In this document: positions 49,877 through 60,408 of the stretch, in pieces
Numbering within the stretch: the first letter of the stretch is position 1
Layout of the letters: every line of letters begins with the position of its first letter
Assembly (NCBI GenBank): GCA_965223265.1
Contig: OZ244999.1
Coordinates: 4,128,001 to 4,192,000 of the forward strand
Length of the DNA: 64,000 nucleotides
Reading direction: 5' to 3'
Origin: Planctomycetota bacterium
Lineage (GTDB): Bacteria; Planctomycetota; UBA8108; SXIK01
Notes under the pieces: model-generated
Seen by the model: the letters and a program-made list of their open reading frames with translations, nothing else
Told to the model about the DNA's origin: nothing
Databases searched by the model: none
Position numbers and translations under genes: made by a program

Positions 49877-50849
49877 CGAACAGTCAGCGTTTCGCAGTCC
49901 CGTGCGAGATCTGATGGTGAAGTTCCTCGAGGAGAAGCGCGGCTGTGGATACCGCTATGAGAGGGAGGAGTACCTTCTGCGAGCGTTGGACAGCTTCCTC
50001 GTTGCTCGAGGGCTTCAACGCCGGGAGCTGCCGAGAGTCCTCGTACAGGACTGGACCGCCGCGCGCGCCGATGAACGTCCCAGGACGCAGCGCATGCGGC
50101 TGACGATCGTTCGTCAACTGGCGATCTTCCTCTGTCGGCAAGGCTGCTCGGCCTACGTTACGCCCCTGAATCCAAGGCGCGGTACACGTCGTGAATTCAC
50201 GGCGCGCATCTTCAGCCGGGAGGAAATCGCAAAGATCCTTCAGGCAGCTGACGACCTCGCCCCCTGTCGATGGTCGCCTCTCTATCATCTCGTGATCCCG
50301 GAACTCTTCCGCGTGCTCTACGGCTGCGGTCTTCGCCGAGGAGAGGCTCTTCGCTTGACAGTCGGAGACGTCGATCTCGTGGACGGAGTCCTTCGAATTC
50401 GCGAAGGCAAGTTTCGCAAGGACCGCCTTGTTCCCATCGCTCCCGGCTTGACTGAGCGGCTTCGTAGGTACGCCGAAGCACTCGACCCCCGCGAGCCTGG
50501 ACAGCCGTTCTTCCCGTCCCCGCGCGGCGGCGCGTATTCCTCCGGGCGCGTGTACACGATTTTCCGCAAGCTCTTGGGAGCCGCTGGCATTCCACACCAC
50601 GGTCGCGGACGCGGCCCTCGTCTCCACGAGATTCGCCATTCCTTTGCCGTACATCGGCTCGAGAACTGGTATGCGGAGGGTGTGGATTTGAACGCGAAGC
50701 TGCCGCTGCTCTCGTCGTACATGGGCCACCGCTGCATGCACGGTACCCAGGTCTACCTCCAGATGACCGAGAGCCTGTTCACCAACGTCACGGAACGGCT
50801 CGAAGCCGTCTGCGGTCATGCCATTCCGAGCGGGAGCAGAACCTCATGA
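49869..50849 (+). CDS. ritB: RIT tyrosine recombinase B
   Basis: GCGLRRGEAL, GKFRKDRLVP, PRLHEIRHSFAV, LSSYMGH and TQVY; overlaps A and C. Confidence 0.88.
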   Translation: MGSEQSAFRSPVRDLMVKFLEEKRGCGYRYEREEYLLRALDSFLVARGLQRRELPRVLVQDWTAARADERPRTQRMRLTIVRQLAIFLCRQGCSAYVTPLNPRRGTRREFTARIFSREEIAKILQAADDLAPCRWSPLYHLVIPELFRVLYGCGLRRGEALRLTVGDVDLVDGVLRIREGKFRKDRLVPIAPGLTERLRRYAEALDPREPGQPFFPSPRGGAYSSGRVYTIFRKLLGAAGIPHHGRGRGPRLHEIRHSFAVHRLENWYAEGVDLNAKLPLLSSYMGHRCMHGTQVYLQMTESLFTNVTERLEAVCGHAIPSGSRTS

Positions 50850-51865
50850 CGATCGCGAAACCCACCGACTTCGCCTGTCGACTCACTTCTTTCCTGACCG
50901 AGTACCTCCCATCCCAGCGAGGTCTCAGTCCGAACACGATCAAGAGCTACCGCGATGCGTTCGTGTTGCTGCTGCGCTACTGCCGTGAGGTCTGCGAGAT
51001 GCGCATCGAGCGCCTGTCGCTGGAAGCGATCGACGCGTCTCTCATCGTGAAGTTTCTCGGGCATCTCGAGAAGGAGCGCGGCTCTTCAACCCGAACTCGA
51101 AACCATCGCCTCGCCGCATTCCACTCTTTCTTCAAGTACGTCCAAGTCGAGGAGCCGGATCGGATTCAACACTGCCAACGCATTCTCGCGATCCCGCTTC
51201 GGCGCATAGCGCAGACTGAACCCACCTACCTGTCAGTCGAAGAACTGGCCGCGATCCTGAGACAACCAGACTCAACGACGCCTCAGGGACGCCGGGACGC
51301 TCTCATGTTGAGTCTGCTTTACGACACAGGAGCTCGCGTGCAGGAGTTGATCGATCTCTCGATCGCGGACCTTCGTCTCGCCTCCCCTCCGCAGGTGCGC
51401 TTGACTGGAAAGGGGCGAAAGATCCGCGTCGTCCCGCTCATGAAAGGAACGGCTGCCAACCTCGGCGAGTACGTCAAGGAGCACGCTCTCGATCGTCCCG
51501 AACAGGCGAACGAACCGCTCTTCGTGAACCGGGCGGGTAACCGTCTCTCCCGATGGGGAATACGACATCTTCTGTCCAAGTACAGCGAGGCCGCTCGAGT
51601 CGAGTGCCCGACGCTACCGCAGAAGATCACTCCTCATACCTTACGCCACACGAAGGCGATGCACCTCTTGCAGAGCGGCAACCCCGCCGTCGTAATCCGC
51701 GACTTCCTCGGTCATTCGGACATCCAGAGCACCCAGATCTACGCGAAGGCCGACCTGGACATGAAGCGGCGCGCCCTCGAGAAGGCCAATCAGCTTCCGG
51801 AGAGCAAGAAGGACCGATCGTGGCAACGCGATCCGGACCTTCTCACGTGGCTCGGATCGCTGTAG
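50846..51865 (+). CDS. ritC: RIT tyrosine recombinase C
   Basis: S.NTIKSYRD, YDTGARVQE, GKGRK, TPHTLRH.KAMHLL, FLGH and TQIYA. Confidence 0.88.
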   Translation: MTIAKPTDFACRLTSFLTEYLPSQRGLSPNTIKSYRDAFVLLLRYCREVCEMRIERLSLEAIDASLIVKFLGHLEKERGSSTRTRNHRLAAFHSFFKYVQVEEPDRIQHCQRILAIPLRRIAQTEPTYLSVEELAAILRQPDSTTPQGRRDALMLSLLYDTGARVQELIDLSIADLRLASPPQVRLTGKGRKIRVVPLMKGTAANLGEYVKEHALDRPEQANEPLFVNRAGNRLSRWGIRHLLSKYSEAARVECPTLPQKITPHTLRHTKAMHLLQSGNPAVVIRDFLGHSDIQSTQIYAKADLDMKRRALEKANQLPESKKDRSWQRDPDLLTWLGSL

Positions 51866-51986
51866 ACGCGCGGCCGATTTATGGAGAGTCCCAACGCGCC
51901 GAAGCGCCTCCGGTCGAGACAGGCGTCCGCTACTCCACATAACTCCGAACTCCCCATGTGATGAGTGATGTGGAGCTCCACATCAC

Positions 51987-52669
51987 CGCACAAGGAGCAG
52001 CTACGGGTGGTAGATTCAGACATCGACGACCTCGAAGTCGTCCGCAGCTACCGCGATGAGCACAATGGAATCACCCATGTGTACTTTCGCCAAACGGTGC
52101 AGGGGATCGAGGTGCTCGACGGCACGGCTGCCGCCCACATCCGAGGCGTCCGCGACGTCGTCGCCATCAGCTCGCACGTTGTCCCGCGCGCTCGGGAGCG
52201 GGTGAACACGTTCGAACCCACGCTGTCGCAGGAGGACGCACTCTGGATCTGTACCGTAGACTGCGATCTTGGAAACGCGCCAGCCAGCCCGAAGGTAACG
52301 GAGGAGGCAGACGATGCCAGCCTCAGAAAAACTTTCGACCTACCTGCGATCGCCCGAGGTCCGGTCCCCGTGCAGCTCAAGTTCGCTCCGCTGGGCGAAG
52401 AGCTCAGGCTGTGCTGGAGCGTGAAGATCTCTCGGCGCGACGGCGCCGATTCCTTCGAGAGGCTTTACGATGCGGTAGACGGCGAGGAGCTCAGTTACAG
52501 GAGTTTCGTCGCGCATGCCACGCCGGAATTCAAGGTGTTTCCGCTGGCGGACTATGGCAATCCGACGATGCCGCCGGTGGAGAGTCCGGCGCATGGGAGT
52601 CAAACGCGCGTAATAGATGGATCCGACCCGACCTTCGTTCTTCCTAGCACTATTCCAACGCCCAGCCCA
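51987..52669 (+). pseudogene. M36 protease gene, fragment 2 (FTP/PepSY-like propeptide and start of the mature domain)
   Basis: DIDDL.V..Y.D..NGITHVYFRQTVQGIEV; LCWSV; YDAVDGE.L; FKVFP...ESP. Confidence 0.8.
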
Positions 52670-54151
52670 CATGCGTGATCGGTTAGCCGTAAGCTCCATC
52701 GTAGTCATCGCTTACGACTCGAGCGATTCGTGCGTATAGAAAAAGAGGCCAAAATCTCGGACACTTCGTGACTCACCAAAGAAACGGAGTGAAGAGATCA
52801 TGGCCACAAGGAAGTGTATCGAACTACGATCCTGTCTCAAGAGCCTCTTTCCCGACAAGTTGATCCGCGATGAGTCTCGAGCGAGTGGTTTTGTGCTCCG
52901 GGAGCGAAAGATCAGGGCGGTTCCGTTCTTTTGGACATTGGTCCTGGGCTTTGGGGTTGGATCGGAGCGGACGATCTCTGCGCTGCGTCGAGCCTACGAA
53001 CGCTCGACGTCGTCGACCGTTGTTCCGTCCTCGTTCTACGATCGTTTCGACGCCAGTCTTGTGCGCTTTCTGAAAGCTGCGGTGAAGCGATCGTTGGCAA
53101 CCTTTCAGGCATCGTGGACTGAAATCGAGGAGCGCGTCGGAAAGTTTACGGACTTGATCATCGTTGACTCCACAGTGATGAAGCTTCACGAAAAGCTCAG
53201 AGGATCGTTCCCAGGGTGCCGAACGAACTCAGCGCCGGCTGCGGCGAAACTTCATGCAGTCCTCAGTGTGCGCGGCAAAGGAGGCTCGACGGTCGCTCTC
53301 ACTTCGGAGCGAAGTGCGGACCTGCGAAAACTTCGCACAGGTCCGTGGGTTCGAGACCGCCTTCTCCTCTTCGATCTCGGCTACTTCAAGTGGCAGCTCT
53401 TCCATCGCATCAGGAAAAACGGTGGCTTCTTCCTGACTCGATTGAAGCAAAACGCCAACCCGACAATTACCAAAATCCATCGCAGTGTTCGCGGCAACTC
53501 GATCCCCCTCGTGGGGGAGAGACTTCAAGACGTCCTACCTCGATTGAAAAGAGAAACTCTCGACGTTGAGATCGAAGCCTCGTTTGCAACCCGCAAGCAC
53601 CGAGGCCGAGCGCGTCGCGCTCACGAGCGTTTTCGACTTGTCGCCATCCGCAACGAAGACGACGGCCAGTATCACCTCTACGTCACCAACGTCGAACACG
53701 ACGATCTCATCGCCGAGGAGATCGCCAACGTCTACCGCTATCGCTGGGAAATCGAACTCATCTTCAAGGAGCTAAAGTCCGGCTACCGAATGGACCAGCT
53801 GACGAGCCGGCGCCCCCACGTGGTGGAAGCGATGATCTACTGTGCAATTCTGACACTTGTCGTCAGCCGAGAGCTTCTACGCCACCTTGCCTCACGAGTC
53901 CGCAGCGGTGCCGAGCGAGTCGCTGCGGGGCGTTGGTGGAAGCTTCTGGCGAACTACGCTCAGGAGCTTCAACTCCTCGTCGTTCGACCACGCCGAGACG
54001 CTCACCTCGCCGCTGGACTCGTCGACACCTTCCTGCACGAAATTGTCGACCCTCATACTGACAGACGCCCACTCTTGAGTCAGGTGTTTCGTTGATGTGG
54101 CGCCGTAAGTTTCATCTCTACAGAGCTTTGCGCGTTATCCGATGCCGCATG
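52670..54151 (+). mobile_element. IS4-family insertion sequence, 1482 bp
   Basis: Imperfect inverted ends CATGCGTGATCGG / CCGATGCCGCATG; 10-bp target duplication GCCCAGCCCA at 52660-52669 and 54152-54161. Confidence 0.92.
52800..54095 (+). CDS. IS4-family DDE transposase
   Basis: IVDST, LFDLGY and YRYRWEIELIFKELK (YREK signature). Confidence 0.93.
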   Translation: MATRKCIELRSCLKSLFPDKLIRDESRASGFVLRERKIRAVPFFWTLVLGFGVGSERTISALRRAYERSTSSTVVPSSFYDRFDASLVRFLKAAVKRSLATFQASWTEIEERVGKFTDLIIVDSTVMKLHEKLRGSFPGCRTNSAPAAAKLHAVLSVRGKGGSTVALTSERSADLRKLRTGPWVRDRLLLFDLGYFKWQLFHRIRKNGGFFLTRLKQNANPTITKIHRSVRGNSIPLVGERLQDVLPRLKRETLDVEIEASFATRKHRGRARRAHERFRLVAIRNEDDGQYHLYVTNVEHDDLIAEEIANVYRYRWEIELIFKELKSGYRMDQLTSRRPHVVEAMIYCAILTLVVSRELLRHLASRVRSGAERVAAGRWWKLLANYAQELQLLVVRPRRDAHLAAGLVDTFLHEIVDPHTDRRPLLSQVFR

Positions 54152-54161
54152 GCCCAGCCCA

Positions 54162-56337
54162 TGGGTATACGACCTGGGGGGCGAAGCGTGCACGACAGAG
54201 GGCAATAACATCAAGGCCTTCGCTGTTGACAATACTTCAGAGTACCAGCCAACAACGAGCAACTGCCTATTCGTTTTCGAAGAACTCACACTCCAGAATC
54301 TCAGTGACCCAACAGACCCGGATGGTTTTGCTTCTGATCCTTCGCTCTATCTCGACGCCACCATCGCAAATGCCTTTTACAACACCAATGTCCTGCACGA
54401 CATCTTATATCGATACGGGTTCAATGAAGCAGCTGGAAACTGGCAAAACGACAACTTCAGCCGGGGTGGATCTCCGGGAGATCCCTTACACGTACAATAC
54501 ACTCCGGATATCGCATCCAGCAATTTCTTTTCGTCCTCTCAAGATGGTCTAATATCGACCCTCGATCTTGGCATCAATGCAATCATATCAATCGGTCGTT
54601 CAACGATCCCCCTTCCCCCAGATGCAGTCAGCCCCATCGCGGCTACCATAGCCGACTTTAGTCAAGATCAAGACGACAAACTCGATCTTGTGATCGCAAA
54701 TCATCTCTCTGGAAATGTAACTCTCTTTCTCAATGACGGAAACGGGGGGTTCATTCCCGAGCCGAGTTATTCCACCTTCGGAGTGTCTCCAACCGACATT
54801 GTCGCTGGGGTTCTCGACAGTGACGTCTACGTTGATCTCGCGGTAACGCATGCAACCTCCAACTCCGTCACAATTCTCCTAAACGACGGAAACTCCCCGC
54901 CTGGATTCTCCGCGACGGTCTATGTCCTTCCGGGATCTGACTATCCTGTTTCACTCGCTACGATTGACCTGGATGGAGACAGCGACCTTGATTTGATCGT
55001 CGCAAACCGCGATTCTCAAAACGTGACGCTACTGGAAAATGTCGGGTCGTCGTTTTCGATCCATGCGCCCATAGATATACCGGGGAGCCCAACGAGCGTT
55101 TGCGCAGCAGACGTTGACGGAGATGCGGACAACGACGGCATTTTGGCAATCCAAGACGTCGTCGGAAGCAGCGTCTGCGGCGCGACGCCGGCAGACGCTG
55201 TCGTTGTACTCGAGAATTCTGGGGGTTGGATTTTTTCTGTGGGAAGTGTAACGTGCATCGAGCCCGATAGAGACCCCAGTTCAGTAAGTGTCGCTAATTT
55301 TGACGGATACGAAGACGGAGACGAAGACGTCGACATAGTTGTCGCGCAAAGCGGAACTGAATTCGTCGACATATTCGACAACGACGGGGACGGCCAATTT
55401 TCTCTTCTCAGCTCAGTCTTCCTAGGGGGAACGGCGGTTGCAGCCACTTCGGTCGCCCACACGCCGACCGGAGCCCATGAGGAACTTAATCTAAGCTCTG
55501 AGACTAGACCCACCGACGAGCTGCCGGATGTGAGCGCTGTTTCATCAGCCCCAGGAACGTTGGCCAGCCGTATTAACCGAAGCACTAGTAAGAAGCGCGG
55601 ATTATTTGCTAGAGTTACTCAAGAAAGCCTTAACGCCCAAAGTGATTTTGAGTTGACAGATCTGGGAACAATTCACGACGTAGTTGCGGGGAACCTGGCG
55701 GGGGGAGCAGACCCCGATGTTGTCGTTATTTCGCAGCAAGGGTGCGAAGTTTTTACAAATGACGGTATTGGTTCGTTTACTGCTCCCGGGATTCATTCCT
55801 TCAGAAGCGGAGCTTTGGATCTCTCAGTCATTGCACATGAGCTCAGCCACGGCGTAGTTTCCCGCCTGACCGGAGGAATATTCAGGCCCGGAGGCGGAGC
55901 TTCTCAAGCGTCTGGCCTAGTCGAAGGCTGGGCAGACGCCATGAGCCTCCAATTGACGGGGCCACGCGACGGCGACAGCCCTCGAGGTATGTTCACGTTT
56001 TGGAGCGGCCATTTGCCTTCGGGATCCGGAGTTCGCATCCTCCCGTACAGCAACGATCAATCTGTAAACCTGTGGACGTTCGGAGATCATGAACTCCTAA
56101 TTAGCGAGGACCACGCTGGGCCGTTCGGCACTGGGCATGCAGCTGGAGAGATCTGGGCAGTCACGCTTTGGGATCTCTACTGGCTTCTCATCGGTCTCTA
56201 CGGCCAGAGCGGCGATCTATACGCGGCGTTTGGCTCAACGCTCGGCGGAGAAAACGTGTCACTTAAGCTGGCCATCGACGCACTAAAGTTTGCGCCCGGA
56301 AACCCCGCTACTTATGTGACACATCGGAATGCCTACC
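54162..56337 (+). pseudogene. M36 protease gene, fragment 3 (catalytic domain with inserted FG-GAP repeats)
   Basis: Open frame from 54162; FYNTNVLHDILYRYGFNEAAGNWQNDN..RGG; D.DGD.D.D repeats; HELSH...EGWAD; GEIW..LWD. Confidence 0.88.
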
Positions 56338-56578
56338 TGCTGAGTCCCACAAACTCTGGCTCGTGAGCAGCGACGAGTCTCAGATTCACTGACCCGGAAA
56401 CGCCCCGGCATACCCCGCCGAACCGACCGTCCGATCATACCCCGCCTACCCCGCGCCCCCCGTTCGACGCTGCGCCCTGGACCTTCGCTCGACTCCTCGC
56501 CTCACCTCGAGTAAAGAGGGGAGCGGAGAGACCGGTGTTGGTGCACTTCTCTCCGCAAGTCCCCGTACGGAGAGAGCG

Positions 56579-57247
56579 ATGCTACCCCATTTGGTCAACG
56601 CGATACAGAGCTATGGCGAAGCTGTTCGCCGCCGTGAGATCCAGCCGACCTGTAACCGCTGCCCGAATTGCAGCGGGGAGCCAGATCGGTTCCGCTACCG
56701 CGGTCACCGAGAGCGCGTGTTCCTCGTTATCGTCAGGCGTCTGGTCGAACCTGTCCTGTCGCTTCTGAGTCGCTGGAAGTGTCCTCTGTGTAAGCGCTCC
56801 TTCACGCTCTACCCGCCCTTCGCGCTGCCGGGGAAACGCTACGTTCGCGACTGCGTTTTCGATCACGCTCGGCGCTACCTCCAGATCGACGAGCTTTCGT
56901 ATCGCGAAGCCGTCAAGGTCGAACACATGCCCGTCTTCCACGAGGGTGACGACAGGGGAGCGATCGACGAGCGCAGCCTCGCGCACTCAACACTTCATCG
57001 TTGGCTTTCGTTCTTTCGCTCTCTCAACGCCACGCTCCTGGAGGCTCTCCGCCTCATCCGAGAGCGCTCGGCGAGGTCCGACATCTTCCGCAAGGTCTTC
57101 GCCGTCCGTCCAGCCAAGTACCGAAGCGAATCACGGCGGGACACTCTCGTCGCGGCACTTCGAGCTCTCTCGATCGACCAGGTGTTCCGTTCCCTCTTCG
57201 GCCGATCGATCTTCCCCGACTTGGCAACCTCCGCAGCCTGGGCGTGA
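56579..57247 (+). CDS. Transposon accessory zinc-ribbon/HTH protein (DUF6431-like)
   Basis: CPNC...RWKCPLCKRSFTLYP.F..P.KRY; C-terminal STLHRW. Confidence 0.7.
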   Translation: MLPHLVNAIQSYGEAVRRREIQPTCNRCPNCSGEPDRFRYRGHRERVFLVIVRRLVEPVLSLLSRWKCPLCKRSFTLYPPFALPGKRYVRDCVFDHARRYLQIDELSYREAVKVEHMPVFHEGDDRGAIDERSLAHSTLHRWLSFFRSLNATLLEALRLIRERSARSDIFRKVFAVRPAKYRSESRRDTLVAALRALSIDQVFRSLFGRSIFPDLATSAAWA

Positions 57248-57287
57248 GCGAGAATCACGCCTCGCTCGCCCCATGCGAGGTGTGATC

Positions 57288-58850
57288 ATGAAAGCGAAAG
57301 ATCTCGATTGGGCTATCTTCTGGGCGGCTCTTCTCCAGCCCGTCGTCATCGGCGAGGTGCCGGAGGAGGAAGCCGCGCGATTTCTCCGCGAGCTCGCCAA
57401 AGAAGAGCGCATCTTTCCCGACGGATCGCGACGCAAGCCGGCTCTTTCGACCCTGAGGCGGAAGCTTCGCATCTATCGCGAGGAGGGCTTCGAGGGTCTT
57501 GCCCGCAGGCCGCGAAGCGATCGCGGGAAACCGCGTGCCCACGGCAAAGAGCTCGTCGAGAAAGCCGTCGAGCTGAAGCGTGATCAGCCACTGCGCTCCC
57601 ACTTCGCCATCAACAAGTTCCTCCAGGCTCAGCACGGAAAGACCATTCCGCGTTCGACCCTCTTCCGCTACCTCAAGATCGCCGGCGCGACGCGGCTGAA
57701 GCTCGGTGTCGAGAGGAGGAAAGTCCGGAAACGCTGGACTCGTGACTCCACCCATGCCCTCTGGGTCGGCGACTTCGCCGATGGACCCTACGTGCTGCAC
57801 GACGGCGAAGTCGTCCCCACCTTCCTCTGTGTTCTCATCGACTGCTACAGCCGCTCGCTCGTCGAGGGGCGCTACTACCTTCGGCAAAATCTCGAGGTCT
57901 TGATCGACTGCTTGCTGCGGGCGTGGGCCAAGCACGGTGCTTCGGACGAGCTCTATGTCGATCAGGCGAAGGTCTATATCTCCAAAGCGCTCAAGGCGGC
58001 ATGCCTTGCCGTTGTCACCCGGCTCATCCATCGCGGCAAGGGCGATCCGCCACCGGGTGGTCTCGTCGAACGACTCATCGAGACGATACAGGGCCAGTTC
58101 GAGGCCGAGGTCAGAGCCGGCGAGATCCTCACTCTCGACTCGCTCAACGGAAGCTTCGATTCCTGGAAGACCGTGGCCTACCACCGCCAGGTCAACACCG
58201 AGACCGGCGAAACACCCGAGGCACGAGCCGAGGCCGGCCTCAAACGGCCTATCCGACACGTCGACATTCAGCGCGTCACCGAGTTCTTCATGTGCCGCGA
58301 GACGCGGCGCGTTCACCCGGACTTCTCCGACGTCCAGCTCGATCGCCGCTTCTATCGCGTCGACAAGAGTCTGCGCGGTGACAAGGTCGAAGTCCGCTAC
58401 GATCCCTTCTCCGCGCCCGACACGGTTCTCATCTACTCCAGCAACGAAGAGTACCTCGGAAAGGGCGTCCTTCACGAGCGCGAAGAGGGCGAGGACGCCG
58501 GTGCTCCCGCCCCTCCCGCCAAAGCGAAGCACAACTATCTGGAGCTTCTTCGCCGTGAGCACGACGAGGAGCTCAAGAAGCGCGCCCAGGGGATCGACTA
58601 CCGTCGTGTCATCGCCTCTCGCCAGTGGCCCTTCACCGACTTCGCATGCCTTCTCGGCCGGCTCATGGGGCGCAAGGGCGCCCTCTCGAGCTTCACCGCC
58701 GAGGAGCTCGAGGAACTCAAGAAGTTCTACAACCGTACTCCCAGCCTCACCGAAGTCCTCTTGCTGAGGGCCTTCGAGAAGGCTCCGGAGAAATCCATTC
58801 CCTACATCGCCTACGAGCTTCAACGACTCGCAGGCAGAAAGGAGGACTGA
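57288..58850 (+). CDS. DDE integrase-type transposase with Mu-like C-terminal domain
   Basis: HTH (STLRRK..YREEG.EGL..PRSD.GK); LWVGD, IDCYSR, LYVDQ and G.VER; KVEVRYDP. Confidence 0.9.
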   Translation: MKAKDLDWAIFWAALLQPVVIGEVPEEEAARFLRELAKEERIFPDGSRRKPALSTLRRKLRIYREEGFEGLARRPRSDRGKPRAHGKELVEKAVELKRDQPLRSHFAINKFLQAQHGKTIPRSTLFRYLKIAGATRLKLGVERRKVRKRWTRDSTHALWVGDFADGPYVLHDGEVVPTFLCVLIDCYSRSLVEGRYYLRQNLEVLIDCLLRAWAKHGASDELYVDQAKVYISKALKAACLAVVTRLIHRGKGDPPPGGLVERLIETIQGQFEAEVRAGEILTLDSLNGSFDSWKTVAYHRQVNTETGETPEARAEAGLKRPIRHVDIQRVTEFFMCRETRRVHPDFSDVQLDRRFYRVDKSLRGDKVEVRYDPFSAPDTVLIYSSNEEYLGKGVLHEREEGEDAGAPAPPAKAKHNYLELLRREHDEELKKRAQGIDYRRVIASRQWPFTDFACLLGRLMGRKGALSSFTAEELEELKKFYNRTPSLTEVLLLRAFEKAPEKSIPYIAYELQRLAGRKED

Positions 58851-59641
58851 TGTTCACCACCCATTTCAAGATGACGACGCAGCCCTTTCTCGAGCGCGCG
58901 CCCGTCGAGCAGATTCTTTCCGACGAGCGCATCACCCAGGGACTCGCTCGACTGGAGTACCTCGCCAAGTCGGGCTCGATCGGCCTGGTGACCGGACTCA
59001 CCGGGGTGGGGAAGTCGTCTCTGGTGAAGCTCTTCGTGCGCTCGCTGAGCCGCAACCTCTACGACCCGATCTATCTCTCGCTGACCTACGTCGGGGCAAA
59101 CGGCATTCTGAAGCTCCTGGTTTCCAGCCTCGGCGAGCAGCCCCGCCGTGGCAAGGAGCGGCTCTTCCTCCAGATCCTGGATCGCGTCGGGGCGAACGAG
59201 CACACGACAATCCTCGTCATCGATGAAGCGCACCTGCTTCCTTCGGAGTCGCTCACCGATCTGAGACTTCTGGTCAGCTCCGGACTCGAGGACGGCCCGC
59301 CATTGAAGATCCTCCTCAGCGGACAAGAGACCCTGAGAAAGGAGCTTACCCGAGCGCGCCACGCCGATCTCACGCATCGGCTCAGCGTGCGCTACCACGT
59401 GCCGCCGCTCAGCAAGGAGCAGACGGTCGAGTACATCGACTTTCAGATGCGCGCAGCCGGCGCCTCGCAGAAAGTCTTCGAGCCTGAAGCGAAGTCGCTC
59501 ATCCACGACTACTCAAGCGGCGTGCCGCGGCGCATCAACAACATCGCCACCGCCTGCCTCATTCAGGCCGCGAGCAAGAACGTCCAGAAGATCTCCGAGG
59601 CGCTCGTCAACGACACCGCCCCCGAGTTCCATCTGCCCTGA
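58850..59641 (+). CDS. ExeA/TniB-like AAA+ ATPase (transposition helper)
   Basis: Walker A GLTGVGKS; Walker B LVIDEAH; LLSGQ; GVPRRIN; TGATG stop-start overlap with the transposase. Confidence 0.9.
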   Translation: MFTTHFKMTTQPFLERAPVEQILSDERITQGLARLEYLAKSGSIGLVTGLTGVGKSSLVKLFVRSLSRNLYDPIYLSLTYVGANGILKLLVSSLGEQPRRGKERLFLQILDRVGANEHTTILVIDEAHLLPSESLTDLRLLVSSGLEDGPPLKILLSGQETLRKELTRARHADLTHRLSVRYHVPPLSKEQTVEYIDFQMRAAGASQKVFEPEAKSLIHDYSSGVPRRINNIATACLIQAASKNVQKISEALVNDTAPEFHLP

Positions 59642-59660
59642 GAACGGAGACTGACGCGCC

Positions 59661-59954
59661 ATGTTCCACAAGACCCTGATGCCTCGAGTCAACGACTTCG
59701 CCGAGTATCCTGAGCTCGCCGTTTTGATGACCCTCGCGACGAACCTCGAGATCGCCCTGTTCGCTCTGAACGCCGCGTACCCCGATCTCGACTTCGACTA
59801 CACGCAACGCTCCTCCTACACCGAGCAAGACGCCTATCTCGCCGCCTTGGGCGCTCAGCTGCGAGCGCTCCAGATCGTCCTCGAAGAGTATCTCGAGAGC
59901 CTGCAACGAATCCGATATTTGAAGGCGCCGAGCGGTGGAGGTGGCGTCGCATGA
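59661..59954 (+). CDS. Small helical hypothetical protein of the transposon
   Basis: GGAG RBS; 97 aa; ATGA overlap with the next gene. Confidence 0.65.
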   Translation: MFHKTLMPRVNDFAEYPELAVLMTLATNLEIALFALNAAYPDLDFDYTQRSSYTEQDAYLAALGAQLRALQIVLEEYLESLQRIRYLKAPSGGGGVA

Positions 59955-60268
59955 CAGGACGATTCTCCGGCAAGCTCCTGCGGTCGTTGAGAAACGATAT
60001 ACCGATCGCGTGGCTCCTCGATCTGCTCGGCGTCCCCGCGAAAATCTCCGAGGGCTACGTGCGCTTCCTCTGTCCGCGGTGTCGCGAATTCAACACCGCG
60101 ACGAAGGCGTCCACCAACCTCGCGCGTTGCTTTCGCTGCGAGACGAACTTCAACCCGATCGACCTGGTCATGATCGTCAAGCGGCTGAATTTCGTCGACG
60201 CCGTCGAGTTCCTCGCCGAGCTCCGCGATCGTCGCGGTGACGCTCGCGCCACGCCTCGCCCTTCGTGA
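59951..60268 (+). CDS. Primase-type (CHC2-like) zinc-finger protein
   Basis: FLCPRC...NLARCFRCETNFNPIDLVM....NFVDAVEFL; followed by a hairpin at ~60274-60308. Confidence 0.8.
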   Translation: MTGRFSGKLLRSLRNDIPIAWLLDLLGVPAKISEGYVRFLCPRCREFNTATKASTNLARCFRCETNFNPIDLVMIVKRLNFVDAVEFLAELRDRRGDARATPRPS

Positions 60269-60408
60269 TTCCCCGGGTCGTCGTGCCGTCCGGGACACGA
60301 CGACCCGCGCCTTCTCGCCTCGCAAATCGCATCTCGCACCCGCGAATCAGCACCATGCCATTTAATCTGGGATTTCCGCGCCAGATACTGTGGGACTTAG
60401 CACCTACC

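Larger units (their letters stand above)
48469..51986 (+). mobile_element. RIT (Recombinase In Trio) element
   Basis: Three overlapping tyrosine recombinase genes; perfect 35-bp inverted repeat at 48473-48507 and 51926-51960; 22-bp palindrome at 51965-51986; ends approximate to a few bp. Confidence 0.9.
56338..60402 (+). mobile_element. Five-gene DDE transposon (Tn552/Mu/IS481-related), 4065 bp
   Basis: TG...CA ends; inverted ends TGCTGAGTCCCACA / TGTGGGACTTAGCA; 6-bp target duplication CCTACC at 56332-56337 and 60403-60408. Confidence 0.9.

Noticed and set aside
56946-57287. Programmed frameshift fusing orf1 to the transposase (upstream in-frame extension)
   Set aside because: It would need a +1 shift, no slippery site is visible, and the transposase has its own GAGG RBS and ATG at 57288
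48469-60402. Self-splicing introns or inteins explaining the split protease gene
   Set aside because: The inserts have DNA-transposon or recombinase hallmarks (inverted ends, target duplications); no intron RT, intron termini or intein motifs were seen
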